64,000 nt of DNA from Eledone cirrhosa. Lineage: Eukaryota. Positions 11,454 to 23,070 of this stretch are shown one piece after another. Position numbers and translations under genes: made by a program. Below the pieces are notes generated by a model. It ran no database searches and was not told where the DNA came from. It saw only the letters and a program-made list of their open reading frames with translations. Location: the NCBI GenBank assembly GCA_964016885.1, contig OZ024742.1:344658001-344722000 (forward strand), written 5' to 3'. Within the stretch, counting starts at the first letter, position 1, and every line of letters starts with the position of its first letter.

Positions 11454-13988
11454 CTATGTGCTAGGTTTAAAATAGAAGAAGGAACTCAGGATTTTGTGTT
11501 GGCATGAGGAGAAAATTTCCGATTTCCTGTTAAGCAGGTTCAGTTTAGAGTGCATTATGGCATTCCAGTAAACACAGGTCACAACTTCCGCTCAGCGGTC
11601 GGTATGGCGTGGATCTAGTAAGCTTCCTCCAAAAAAGTTTGTATGGGGTACTATTATTTTTTAAGAAGGAGATGTATCCCGCCAGTGAGGTGGCATTCTT
11701 ATGTCTGTCGTGTCTAAATGTGTACATATGCGCGTTAAATCTAGTTTTAAATGTATTGGACGTTGCTCCTATATATGTTTTGGTAGAGTTGTGTGTGGTT
11801 ACGTCACATGCATATACTATGTTTTTCATGAGGCAATCCCCCCTTAGGGGACAGTTACTACTCCGCCTACAATTGCAACTGCGGGTTCGATTAGTTAGCT
11901 TACCTCCCGAAGTTTGGTTACTAGCATTATCACTAGGTGCCTCTATATCATTAGATGGCTCATTGATGCTATTATGTTGCCCATTTTCTAGTGTAGTCGG
12001 TTGCTGGTGGTTAACTGCCATTTTAATTGCTTCGAATCCCTCCTTAGTTTTCCTAATGTTCGTACGTGCTAGGTGTGATGCGAGGTTAGGTGTGGTCGAA
12101 TAGGATAATTTAATTACGTTTTTGTTAATTATGTTGCGGTATCTATTGCCTGGTGGGAAGTTTTTTTCCAATAATGAGAAGAATACTCTGGAGAGGTTAG
12201 TGAGGACCTCAGAGTTAAAAGGTGGGTTAAAATACATGTTTTTCCTTCTTCTATTTTTCTTATCTGTGGGGTGAGTCTCGCTACTGTGCGTACTATTTTG
12301 TAGGGTTCCGTTATTAACGTTAGTGGCGTTGTCCGTTTTGCTTAAGCCCGGATGGTTTATATTCATGGCGTGATCATTTACTGTTTTAGAGTTGTGGTGG
12401 GGGACTCTAGTATTGTCTTTACGTGGTTTACATTTAGCTAGGTTACCGCCATTAGGGTTCTTACTATTATTCTTGCCTCTAATTTGGTTAGGCTTTGTGG
12501 CCATACTATGTGTGATTATGTTGGTAGGTTTCACACTCATGGTTTGAGAGTCCTTATGTATATATGATAATCTACTCCCGTAACCAGATTCTGCTAGGGC
12601 CCTATCATAATACTCTGCATTGGAGTTGAAGATACTCTCATTACAGGACAGTCTGCTAATTCTGTTAGAGACCCCCCTGGGAATAGCGTTTAGGACTGAT
12701 TTGGGGTGGTTAGAGCTGGCGTTTACATATGTTAGTCTATCGTTAGGTTTATGGTAGGGTGCAAATGTTTTACTTTCTAGGTCAAGGGTGGCGTCTAGGA
12801 AGTTTACTGTTTTATCATTTGAATCTATGGTAATACTTAGATTAAAGTTTTTAAAGAACCTACGTAATTGCTTCCTAGTTCTTTCTATATTGCACTTTTT
12901 ATACTCGAGAGTGAGGAGAGCGTCATCACGGTATAAGCCGCCCTTCAAGTGTGGTAATGTCTCATGTAACTCCTTTAAGAGGTACAATCCTACCAGGTCC
13001 GTTACTTGTGCAGAGTCACTAGATCCCATTGTGATGTCGAAGTTGCTGGGCGTATTCTTGCGGGTCCACAATTCATCCTCAAATGTGATTATCGTTTTCC
13101 GGGCCGCAAGAATGACATCAATTTGAGATCTAGTGAGGTCACTTTTCTGCATGGCCATGTTTAGGGCCTTATTAAGGAGTATGGGGGAGATTGAGGTGTA
13201 ATACGCATCGATGTCGAATTGTATAAATTTAAGGGATTTATGGTTGCTAAGGCTTGAGAACCATTTCAAAACCTCTTCCGTATTCTCCCATAGCTCTAGA
13301 TGTATTTTCCTCCTGATGGTGGGTATAACGCCGTCTAAAATTTTCTTACTGATAATTCCTATATCTGACTTCGATGGGCTAATTAGTCTAACAGAGGGTT
13401 TACTAATGAAGTCAGCCTTATGGTCTTTAAGGGTGAACCTGGGTTGCCTAGGGGTATATGGTTGGGTATACTTTTCCAGACCTAGTTTATCCACTATTGC
13501 ACATGCTTCCTTATTAATTTCATCTAAGTTTGCGCTTGTTGTCTTTTTATAATTTCTATTTAATTCATTGTATATAAACCTACGATACGTATCATAATTT
13601 AAGCTATAAATATTTCTGGTTTTGTCCGAGGTGACCAGGATATCTCTTTTATCGTTAAAGTCCTTAACTAAGGTTTCCAGTTTCATCCGGAATTTGTTGT
13701 TATTCCCATGGGGTTTCTAAACTTAATATTCCTTACTAGCGATCGGAGGTCATTCTCAAATCCATCTAGAATGGAGTTATGGGGCGGGCTCCTATAGGTT
13801 TTAAAACCGAATTTGTTATTGGGGGACACTGTGGTTGATTTCTTATTTCTCCTATCGAAGTGGAAAGTGCGCCATCTAATACGCTTAACGAAGGAGTTGA
13901 CACTAGCTATCAGTAATTTCTCATAAGTAGTCCTAGATGGGGTTGGGATGTTCTTGAGTGATATAGGTAGGTATTCTTTAGTTAGCAT
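11454..13988 (-). pseudogene. PLE reverse transcriptase + GIY-YIG endonuclease (Hydra-clade-like), two frameshifts
   Basis: MLTKEYLPISLKNIP...RIRWR; FIQFDIDAYY; ITMGS; GLYRDDAL; NFLD; CNCRRSSNCPLRGDC; IVY..TYIG..FKTRFNAH; CDLC. Frameshifts occur near 13690 and 11545, and the frame then continues NLLNRKSEIFSSCQH. Confidence 0.92.
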
Positions 13989-14166
13989 GCTGCCAATCAA
14001 TTATAATCATACACACCAGGTGGACAGGTTATAAGGATTTAGCTCAACCGGGGGGAGCCGTAGAAATACTTAGGTTAGTAGGAGTTAGGTATTATATACC
14101 CATGTCCCGTGAAGGTATTGGCAGCATAATAATTAGCTCTATGCTTTGGAGCAGAGCCGTATATAT

Positions 14167-15002
14167 GAAAAAGAACACAAAAGCGTCTACAACATCAAAA
14201 GAATTTTATTGGCTAACAATGTTTCTTCCTTACGTGTAACCGTAGGATTCATCAGAGCTATAAAAGGGGTTTGATTGGTGTTATGGACTCTACCAACCAA
14301 ACACCCAAGAACAAAGAGTAAAGAGAGTAAAGAGCAAAAGTAGGGGACGATAAGTCTAATTTTGGTGCGGGAGGGTGGGGTGTTGGTCCTTATTTACTAG
14401 CTGCAGTCATATTCATTCCCGGGAGTCGGGTGGTTAGCTGAACCATAGATGGGGTGGCGTCGATAGTATGGTGCAGAGGGTGCGCAGAGGCTACACAAAC
14501 ACAAAGGGCGTAGAATACATATATACATATAGCGGAGGAGAAGGTACATGAGGTAATCAGAAATGGAAAAGGAGTAATAATAATAATCTATAATTAATAG
14601 TGTACAATAAGGCATGGGGAAGATTACACTATAATAAGGTATAAAGGTAAGAATAAGGTAAAATATAAAGGAGGATAAAAGTGGAAATAATAATAAAGAT
14701 AAAAAATATATATAGAGAATATATAAGGAAATATAAGCGAATATTTGGAGGGGAAAACACAATGTAAAAAAAACGATTTTTTTCAAACAATAATAAAAAT
14801 ATAATAATTATGGGGGGAGAAAACAGGATAGAGAAATATGATCAAGTGTGATTCGTTGAGAGAATATAAGATGATAATAGTTATGTCCAGTTTATACATC
14901 TTAATAATAAATAATAAACAATATGTGTATCAGAGTTGCAGAACCTTCAATTCACTTACGGGTTCAAGCCACGTGGCATGGTCCATTGTTTATCTGTGCG
15001 GT
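14167..15002 (-). repeat. 5' pseudo-LTR (partial tandem copy)
   Basis: Direct repeat of 9087-9922. Confidence 0.92.
14212..14258 (-). ncRNA. Minimal type I hammerhead in 5' pLTR
   Basis: Identical to 9132-9178. Confidence 0.8.
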
Positions 15003-15450
15003 TAAGTATATATACATATATTCCGATGATTTGATCAGAGACACACACTGTATTTAAGGTCGAGTGACGCAACTTCGAGTGATTAGCGACCTTTAGACTC
15101 ACCTGACAAATGAAACAAATGTTAATACTGTATATAACACCCTTTTTGTACAGCCGACCATGTTATTCTTCACTCTTTCACTACTATTACTCCAAGAATG
15201 ACCTGCATGGGAATTCTCGCAAACTCACTACCTAACTAAGGAAACCTCTTGTTGAGTCAAACAACGCCGTACGTTAAAACTATCCATAGTACAGAGTACT
15301 CACAACCTCCAACTGGATTATCTAAAACAATAGCTCGTTATCCCATATATATATATATATATAATTGTATTTGGGAAAAGTGAACAAGATAGGAAAAATG
15401 TTGATGTCTCGATTGCAGTTTCGCTCAGTAATCGCAGTTTCAGAGTGGAC

Positions 15451-15540
<90 letters not shown>

Positions 15541-15619
15541 CGAAACAATTCTAGTCCTGAAGAATTCATCCATCCCATTAACAGCTCTTGTTATTTTGTG
15601 CTGCAGGGCTTTTACTTAC

Positions 15620-15745
15620 AATCCTCATCAGACCAGGGTCCGCTGGGGAAGCCGATAAAGTCACCTACAACTAGACCATGAAGGAGGATGTAGTGGGTTA
15701 CATGGTACCAGTAGCTGGCAGAATCCTGTACTGACCGCAAAATAC
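15620..15745. repeat. Dispersed repeat fragment, similar to 17690-17805
   Basis: Shared cagac.agggtc...agtcacc...ccatgaag...gggttacatggtaccagt.gc.ggcagaa.cctg. Confidence 0.55.
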
Positions 15746-16134
15746 GTATATATAAATCACTATACGTAATTCGCTCTATCATCCGATTATGTTGCAAGAC
15801 AAGACGATCTCATCAAGTGACAGAATTACTTGACAGGGTTATGTTGAACCAGAACATGTAATGGATGATAGAGAAGAGGGAATAGAACAGTCTATTCGGG
15901 GGCTGTCTGCAATAAAACTGTTGTACTGGTATGAGGCAGTCTCCGAATGAGACTTGAATTTCTATTCTGTTTTCCCTATCTTCCATTATATACAGTGTAT
16001 GTGTATGAATAAATAAACATCTATAAAGACATAAATACATATATAATACATACATAATACATACATACATGCATACATACATTCATACATACATACACAC
16101 ATATATTCATACATACATACATACACACATACAT

Positions 16135-16578
16135 ACATGTCACCATGTCATAAGCAACTGTCCAAAGATGTCATCGCGGTACTATCTACCTATGAGGCAT
16201 GATGTAGTGGCCAGAACACTGTACAATGCAATCCGTAGAAAGGATAGCCCCGATAATAAACACATTAACATCTACAGCAATGTAGAAGAGTATAGGTGGA
16301 ATGTTCCAGTCAACACCCTAATAAAATGCAAACATAACAGACCAGATATAATGATATGGGACAGGGGAAAAAAGGCATGCACAGTAGTGGAAGTTAGCTG
16401 CCCAGCAGATGCCAATATAATATTAAAGATCAGCGAAAAAGAGAATATTTATGCAGAACTAATGAGAAATCTGCAGATACTCCACCCTGACTATACCTTC
16501 AGATTTATACCTGTGGTTATTGGGGCACTGGGGTATGTTAGTAACTGCCTCAGTACAAATATTGAGAAGCATATATAA
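16135..16578 (+). mobile_element. 3' fragment of an RLE-type non-LTR retrotransposon (R4/Dong/NeSL-like) in (TACA)n
   Basis: HVISNCP (end of CCHC knuckle), RHDVVA, NRPDIMIWD..VVEVSCP, IPVVIGALG; flanked by (ATAC)n. Confidence 0.82.
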
Positions 16579-16796
16579 CAGAACGTACATGCATACATGT
16601 ATACATACATAAATACATACATAAATACATACTTACATACATACATACTTACATACATACATACACACTTAAATGATGTCTGCCCCCTCGTTATCGAGTA
16701 TGGCCATTGCACGAGGAGAAAAAAAATATATATATATTAATAAATAAATAAAAAATAAAATAAAATAAAAAAAAGAAATATATATATATACACACA

Positions 16797-16827
<31 letters not shown>

Positions 16828-16852
16828 ACATACACACAAATACATTAATAAC

Positions 16853-16893
<41 letters not shown>

Positions 16894-17364
16894 CAATAAT
16901 AATAACGACAACAACAACAATAATAATATACATATACATATATAAATACACACACACGCACACACATAAACATATCTATACACACACACGATAGCAACTA
17001 ACAGCGCTGCGATCGAATGTGGCTTTTTAGCCCAGCCAATGATCTAAAATGTCTTGCACAGAGTCGGCAACCAAAACATTCACTGGGAATAGTCGGCTGT
17101 GAATACTTACATACATACATGTATACATACATACACAATTGAGAAATTAATGCTGATTTTTAAATGTTAGATTTAATTCGACATATCTCCATATAGAATA
17201 AACTTTATTGATCGAAATGTTTAAAAAAAAACATTAGAATATTTTTCAATGTTGCCGACATTCTTTCGGTAATGTACAATCTTTTAGCTGTGGCGGCGAT
17301 TAATCCTTTGAAAGCATTTTTTACGACTTTTTGGTTTTTCATAATTTTTCTTCGCAAGATACTA

Positions 17365-17510
17365 GTGAAGCCGCATGGCTTAGTGGTTAGAGCATTGGGC
17401 TTGCAATCGAAAGGTTGTGAGTTCAATTCTCTAACCGGGTGATGTGCTGTTGTCTTTGAGCAAGACACTTTATTTCACGTTGATCCAGTTTACTCAGCTG
17501 TAGAAATGAG
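17365..17510 (+). mobile_element. tRNA-derived SINE with CORE-like body
   Basis: A box TGGCTTAGTGG (17376), B box GAGTTCAATTC (17419), then tgtctttgagcaagacacttt. Confidence 0.78.
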
Positions 17511-18036
17511 GCACCACCAACGAGATATACCTTAAAGGAGGCCAGCTACGCCTGCATAGGTGTGAGCTGTCACACACTAGCGAAATGCTTCAAAAATCTT
17601 GTTAATATGTTAAACTATGTAGAGTTTCGTTGGTCAATTCATTCAACATCTGATTGTCTTTTGTGGTACAGTGGTTCCACTTACTCTCCTCAGCAGACTA
17701 GGGTCTGGTAGTGTAGCCGGTTTAGTCACCGACCACTCGGCCATGAAGCAGGGTATACTGGGTTACATGGTACCAGTTGCAGGCAGAAGCCTGACCTAAT
17801 CGCAATATATATATATATATATATATTAAAATAACAGATTAAAGTTTAAACAAAGAAACTGAGTTCCAGAGATCCCGTTAAAGATGAAAGCAGAGATTCT
17901 TTGCTTAAACTTTAATCTGTTATTTTAATAAATATTTGCTCTATGGTTCTTATATATTTGATATATATATATTATCCTTATCGAGCCCTCTTTGGATTTT
18001 AGTCTTCATATTTATTATTTATCACTATATATATAA

Positions 18037-19676
18037 ACTAGCATATTTACCCGGCGTTGCTCGGGGTTTGAAATTATGCTAAGAATATACAGCTAGGAAG
18101 TAAAAAAAGAATATTATTTGTTCCCAACCTGTCAAAATAATTAGAAGTCTTCAATAATTAATGCAAACGAATATTTAGTGCAATCTTTGTACACATAAAA
18201 CTATGTTGATAATGAAGGGAAACACTGAACAGGATGTAGTTGTACAAATGATTAAATACAATACACGTTGCAAATCTGTAAAAAAACAGGCAGTTTTGCT
18301 AAAGTACAAAAGGTTGTAATGAAAGCAGAGTTGTATACAAACAAAAAAGCAATGAGAGTAGAATAAGAGAAAATCTATTCTTTGAGATCATCCTTTGCTG
18401 TGTATGATTAAATTTTGAATTTATAATCCAAAATATCCTGCATGACATATTCATTGGTATGTTTTGTAAGGTGAAGTCAAGGCAGAGCTATAATAAGTTT
18501 TTTTGTTAACACTAAAGCACTTCAGAAATGAACAAACACAAAGAGATTATCTCGACTGCCAACTCGTGAGCAGGCAACGTAGAATTGTCCGTGCTAAAAG
18601 CAAGGTTCATCCAAGTAAATTCCAGTGACGGACAGAGTTTAACCTTGCGACTTGTTTATGGACATCGCAAAGGCAACACGAAGGGGAAATTGGGTTCGGC
18701 GAAAGGAGAAGGGAGTATCCACGCCTGATGAAGTCAGGCTAATTTTTCTTATTATCACATCCTCGCCTTTTCCACATCCGGATAGAATGGTAGCGTCAAT
18801 ACTAAGTGGAGACAGTTTTTTTATCCACAAGGCGTGTACCATTGCATAGTTTTGGAGGAGTGATATTTCTCAGCAAAATAAATGGCGTTTCCTCTTTCAG
18901 AACCAATGTATTAGGAGGTAAACCAGAAGGATTTAAAGAATTTAGATATTCAACTGGATAGTTGACCGCATCCTGTGGATCACATACAGTATAAATAGAT
19001 TTGTATATCCGTGGACATCCAGGAAGAATCCTGTTCAGTAAGTTCCTTCATTATCAAAAAAGTTTGATGTGAATGAATACAGCTGGAAGCATAGATGATG
19101 CCTGCCTCAAATGTGGACGAAATTACTTTAAAAATGTAAAAGCTGTAGGTCCCAATGGTTTGAATGGAAAGTCGCATAACGATTGTTCTAAAAATAAACA
19201 AACCATCATCAAAATCTCGTCAATTCGAGATTGCTGCGAGATTAGGCCCTTAACGCGAAAATTAACACTTAATATAGTGAAACAAGTTAAAACAAAAAGT
19301 GTTTTTTAACTTTGAAAGTGCAACAAAGAATAAACATCCGACGATGATTGTTTTTTAAAAATTGAAAATGAAGGTCTCCATATCTCATTCTCTTTATAAG
19401 GATTGTCAATAAAGTTGGTTATCTCCCTTTTTTTATAAGGATTGTCAATAAAGTTGTTTATCTCCCTTACATCAATTTTGTTACCGATAATTTTGATATA
19501 GATTTTTATTGCTCAACGTGGGTCGATTGGAAAAATATTTGTGATGTGACCATGTTAGCGACCTGTGCAACGTCCACAGAAAATTTGGTCAAATTCGGTT
19601 GGTAATTGTAAAAGCCTTAGGTATCCAAATTTGTACACAGACACACACACATCCTCGCTTTTATATATATAAAGAT
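18037..19676. mobile_element. Non-autonomous Helitron/Helentron-derived element
   Basis: Terminus ACTAGC...acccggcgttgctcgggg hairpin; other end acagacacac...cgcttttatatatataaagat; internal Pif1-type helicase relic. Confidence 0.72.
18550..18980 (-). pseudogene. Helitron Pif1-like helicase C-terminal fragment
   Basis: [26 protein letters not shown]...ILLRN; RRTQFPLRVAFAMSINKSQG*TL...HGQFYVACSRV. Confidence 0.85.
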
Positions 19677-19679
19677 ATA

Positions 19680-20240
19680 TAGTTTTTGAAGTATTTCTTA
19701 GCAAAAAATTATCGAAATGCTTTAAAAAGTTGTCAGTTGGTGAAACATCTGATGAATATGTTAGAGTATGTAGAGTTTCGTTAGTCAAACCGTTCAACAT
19801 CTGGTTATAGGGTGAATGGCTCAGCATTGTCATGCAAGAGTATTGGAGTTGGGGACGTTTCTTATTGATATATCCAATGGAGAAATGGGTCACGCAAATA
19901 AGTGAACAGCATAGTCATAACAGTAAATTTTCTGATTTTTGTTCAATTAACGTGACACTCATATTTCAAGCTTTTTAGATTTTTCAATTCAGTTGGAATG
20001 TTTAGAAATTGTTCCAATGCTTACCTCTACCTCTCATGTAAGTTAACAAACAGTTGTACCGATGTTTGTTTTCACAAAAGACTTCAACACACCGTCGTCA
20101 ATGTCAAAAAGACGTCCGTGACCATCGTAAACATAAAGAGAGAATTCAACACCATTCCCTTGGTCCCATCATTCATTGGCCGAGTTTAAACTCATAGAAA
20201 TAAATTTGGCGAAGATCCTGTTATCATGTCTTAGCTTCGG
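19680..20240 (-). mobile_element. Degenerate, internally deleted mariner transposase remnant
   Basis: QDLRQIYFYEFKLG near the N-terminus, and TYSSDVSPTDNFLKHFDNFL, which resembles the mariner YSPDLSPTD motif. A related fragment lies at 17580-17652. Confidence 0.65.
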
Positions 20241-20642
20241 CGATATAAAAAATAACAAACCGAAAATTTATATTAAAAGTGGATTACAAATAAAGATCAT
20301 TTCAGAATCATAAATGTGATGTATAATTTTACACAGCAGACGAGGGTCTTTATTCTTAAGAACTGTTGAAAAAATGAAAATATTAAACCTACATATATTT
20401 CTGGACAGGCTAATATATAAAGATATATGTAGTAATTTATAAAATGACAACATAATAAAGCAAAGGTTTGAGGATTTAGTAGCAGTGGACGATCTAAGAT
20501 TTGATTCTAATGTAACAATTGTAACAATTGTACAATGATAACATAAGGCCGTGTTATGAATCTGTATACCTGTATACATTACAAACACGTTCAGCAAATT
20601 GAATGTAAGCTCAGATTTGAATATTCTTTATTAAACTATATA

Positions 20643-20784
<142 letters not shown>

Positions 20785-22440
20785 ATAGAAGAAGCTTCTA
20801 CAGGACTAGAACTGTTTCATTCAGATGAAATCTTCAGGAAGCTGGGTGTCATATTAAGTTCTGGTATTTATACATTTAGGTAGTGGTAAGGGAGGGGTGG
20901 TGGCTGGGGGAGGGGGGTAGGTTGGTATTTAGATACATAGGACCATAACATGGCACAGACCGTTTTTTCTTTGGGGAGTGGTCAATTAGCCGGAATGCTT
21001 TTGTAAAATAAAAAGAAAAAGGAAAAAGAAAAAGAAAAAGAAAAAGAAAAAGAAAAAGAAAAAGTAAATAAATAAATAAATAAATAAATAAATGAATGAA
21101 TAAATGAGTAAATAAATAAATAAATAAATAAAAGTAAATAAAAACCCCAAGAATAGTAATTCAACAGATATATAGTAGGGAAATTTTTTTAGGTGGGTTG
21201 GTATTAGAAGATAAACAAGACCGAATCATGGCACAGACCATTGTTCTATGGTGAGTGGTCAAGTTAACATACAAGCTACAGGTGGCCAGAGTGTTTTTGT
21301 AGAATGAAAAGAATAAAATATATTTACATACTCACAACCACATATTTATATATATATATATACATATAAATTATCGAGAATCGGAACCTCGGCCCACGAA
21401 ATAACGAAACACAATCTTCGAAATGTGTAGCAAAGTGCTCAATAGTTTGGATAAACCAGAGCTATAACTAACGTTTAAATACCAACACACTGAGACGATG
21501 CTTAAACAATCATTCGCACAGCCGAAAAAACGACCAAGAAAATTCGGGTCAGACAAATAAAAATATATATGAATGAAAAATTTACCCGGACCCCCTGGAA
21601 AGATGGTAAATTCAAGCATTTGGGTTTCTGCGGCTCCTAAATCAGTTACCGTCAGCTTCCATAAAAAATATCCGGCTTCTGGTAAGAAGATGAACAAGGA
21701 AACCACTTTTTCAACGGGCGTTTAGTTCAATAATACAAGGGAACCCGTTACTAAATCCACGTGGGGTCTAGCAAGGGAGGGAACCCCTATGTTAGGCGAA
21801 TGAATTCAGTAGTGTATATTATTGTAAAAATACAAAATATCACATATCGAATTAGAGTTCTCAACAGACGGGTTAAAATTAACATGAGCTATTCATCAGT
21901 CAATAGGATCAACTAAAAAATCGATAAAATTAACTCATCAATAGCTAAAGACTGGAGATAAATACATATAAATCATCGAGAATCGGAACCTCGGACCACG
22001 AATTAACGAAACACAATCTTCGAAATGTGTGGCAAAGTGCTCAATAGTTTGGATAAACCAGAGCTATAACTAACGTTTAAATACCAACACACTGAGACGA
22101 TGCTTAAACAATCATTCGCACAGCCGAAAAAACGACCAAGAAAATTCGGGTCAGACAAATAAAAATATATATGAATGAAAAATTTACCCGGACCCCCTGG
22201 AAAGATGGTAAATTCCAGCATTTGGGTTTCTGCGGCTCCTAAATCAGTTACCGTCAGCTTCCATAAAAAATATCCGGCTTCTGGTAAGAAGATGAACAAG
22301 GAAACCACTTTATCAACGGGCGTTTAGTTCAATAATACAAGGGAACCCGTTACTAAATCCACGTGGGGTCTAGCAAGGGAGGGAACCCCTATATTAGGCG
22401 AATTAATTCAGTAGTGTATATTATTGTAAAAATACAAAAT
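20785..22440 (-). mobile_element. PLE 3' UTR/pLTR fragment (family D) with ~600-bp internal tandem duplication
   Basis: Hammerhead at its 3' end; 21373-21840 repeated at 21975-22440; (TA)n on both sides. Confidence 0.7.
20793..20843 (-). ncRNA. Type I hammerhead ribozyme (family D)
   Basis: agcttc-CTGAAGA-tttcatctgaat-GAAA-cag-ttctagtc-ctg-TA-gaagct. Confidence 0.82.
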
Positions 22441-22529
22441 ATATATATATATATATATATAAATTATATATATATATATATATAAATATATATATATATA
22501 TGAATATATATAAAATATATATATATAAA

Positions 22530-23023
22530 TTAATAAAAACAAAGAAACAGTTCCTTATATTAACAAATTCATCCTTTTACGATCGTTTCTAGGATATATG
22601 TGTGTGTTGGTATGTATATCATATAGATCTATGTAAAAAGTTTACAAACTATCAGAGGGAATATACATACCTACACATATATATGCTGTCTTCAGAAATA
22701 ATCATTATTTCTGAAGACAGCATATATATGTGAAGGTATGTATATTTCCTCTGATAGTTTGAACATTTTTTACATAGATCTATATGATATACATACCAAC
22801 ACACACATATATATCCGAGAAACGATCGTAAAATAATGAATTTTTTAATATACGGAACTGTATCTTTGTTTTTATTCATTGATTTTATCAATTTATCTTG
22901 ACTCTGTTTTCCTGTGATTTTCATCGAAAACTTTTTGAATACATCTTTTCTTTTCATGATATTTGGATTACATTGAGTTCTTCATACGGTTTGGACACTA
23001 CCGTATATTTTGGTAGATTTATC

Positions 23024-23027
<4 letters not shown>
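22530..23027. mobile_element. Palindromic pLTR remnant (family F) in (TA)n
   Basis: 22530-22702 is inverted against 22704-22877, followed by a unique tail. Confidence 0.75.
22704..22837 (+). ncRNA. Type I hammerhead with ~101-nt stem II
   Basis: attattt-CTGAAGA-[atatatatgtg/cacatatatat and ggtatgtatat/atatacatacc helices]-GAAA-cgatcg-TA-aaataat; inverted copy at ~22575-22702. Confidence 0.72.

Positions 23028-23066
<39 letters not shown>

Positions 23067-23070
<4 letters not shown>

Larger units (their letters stand above)
9087..15002 (-). mobile_element. Near full-length Penelope-like retroelement with partial-tandem pLTRs and 15-bp TSD
   Basis: RT-GIY-YIG ORF; 836-bp direct repeats at 9087-9922 and 14167-15002; taagtatatatacat at 9072-9086 and 15003-15017. 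Confidence 0.92.

Noticed and set aside
11609-13552. Plus-strand ORFs overlapping the PLE ORF
   Set aside because: Antisense shadows of the RT-EN frame
21371-22308. Duplicated 111/101-aa ORFs
   Set aside because: Non-ATG starts and no motif; explained by the tandem duplication
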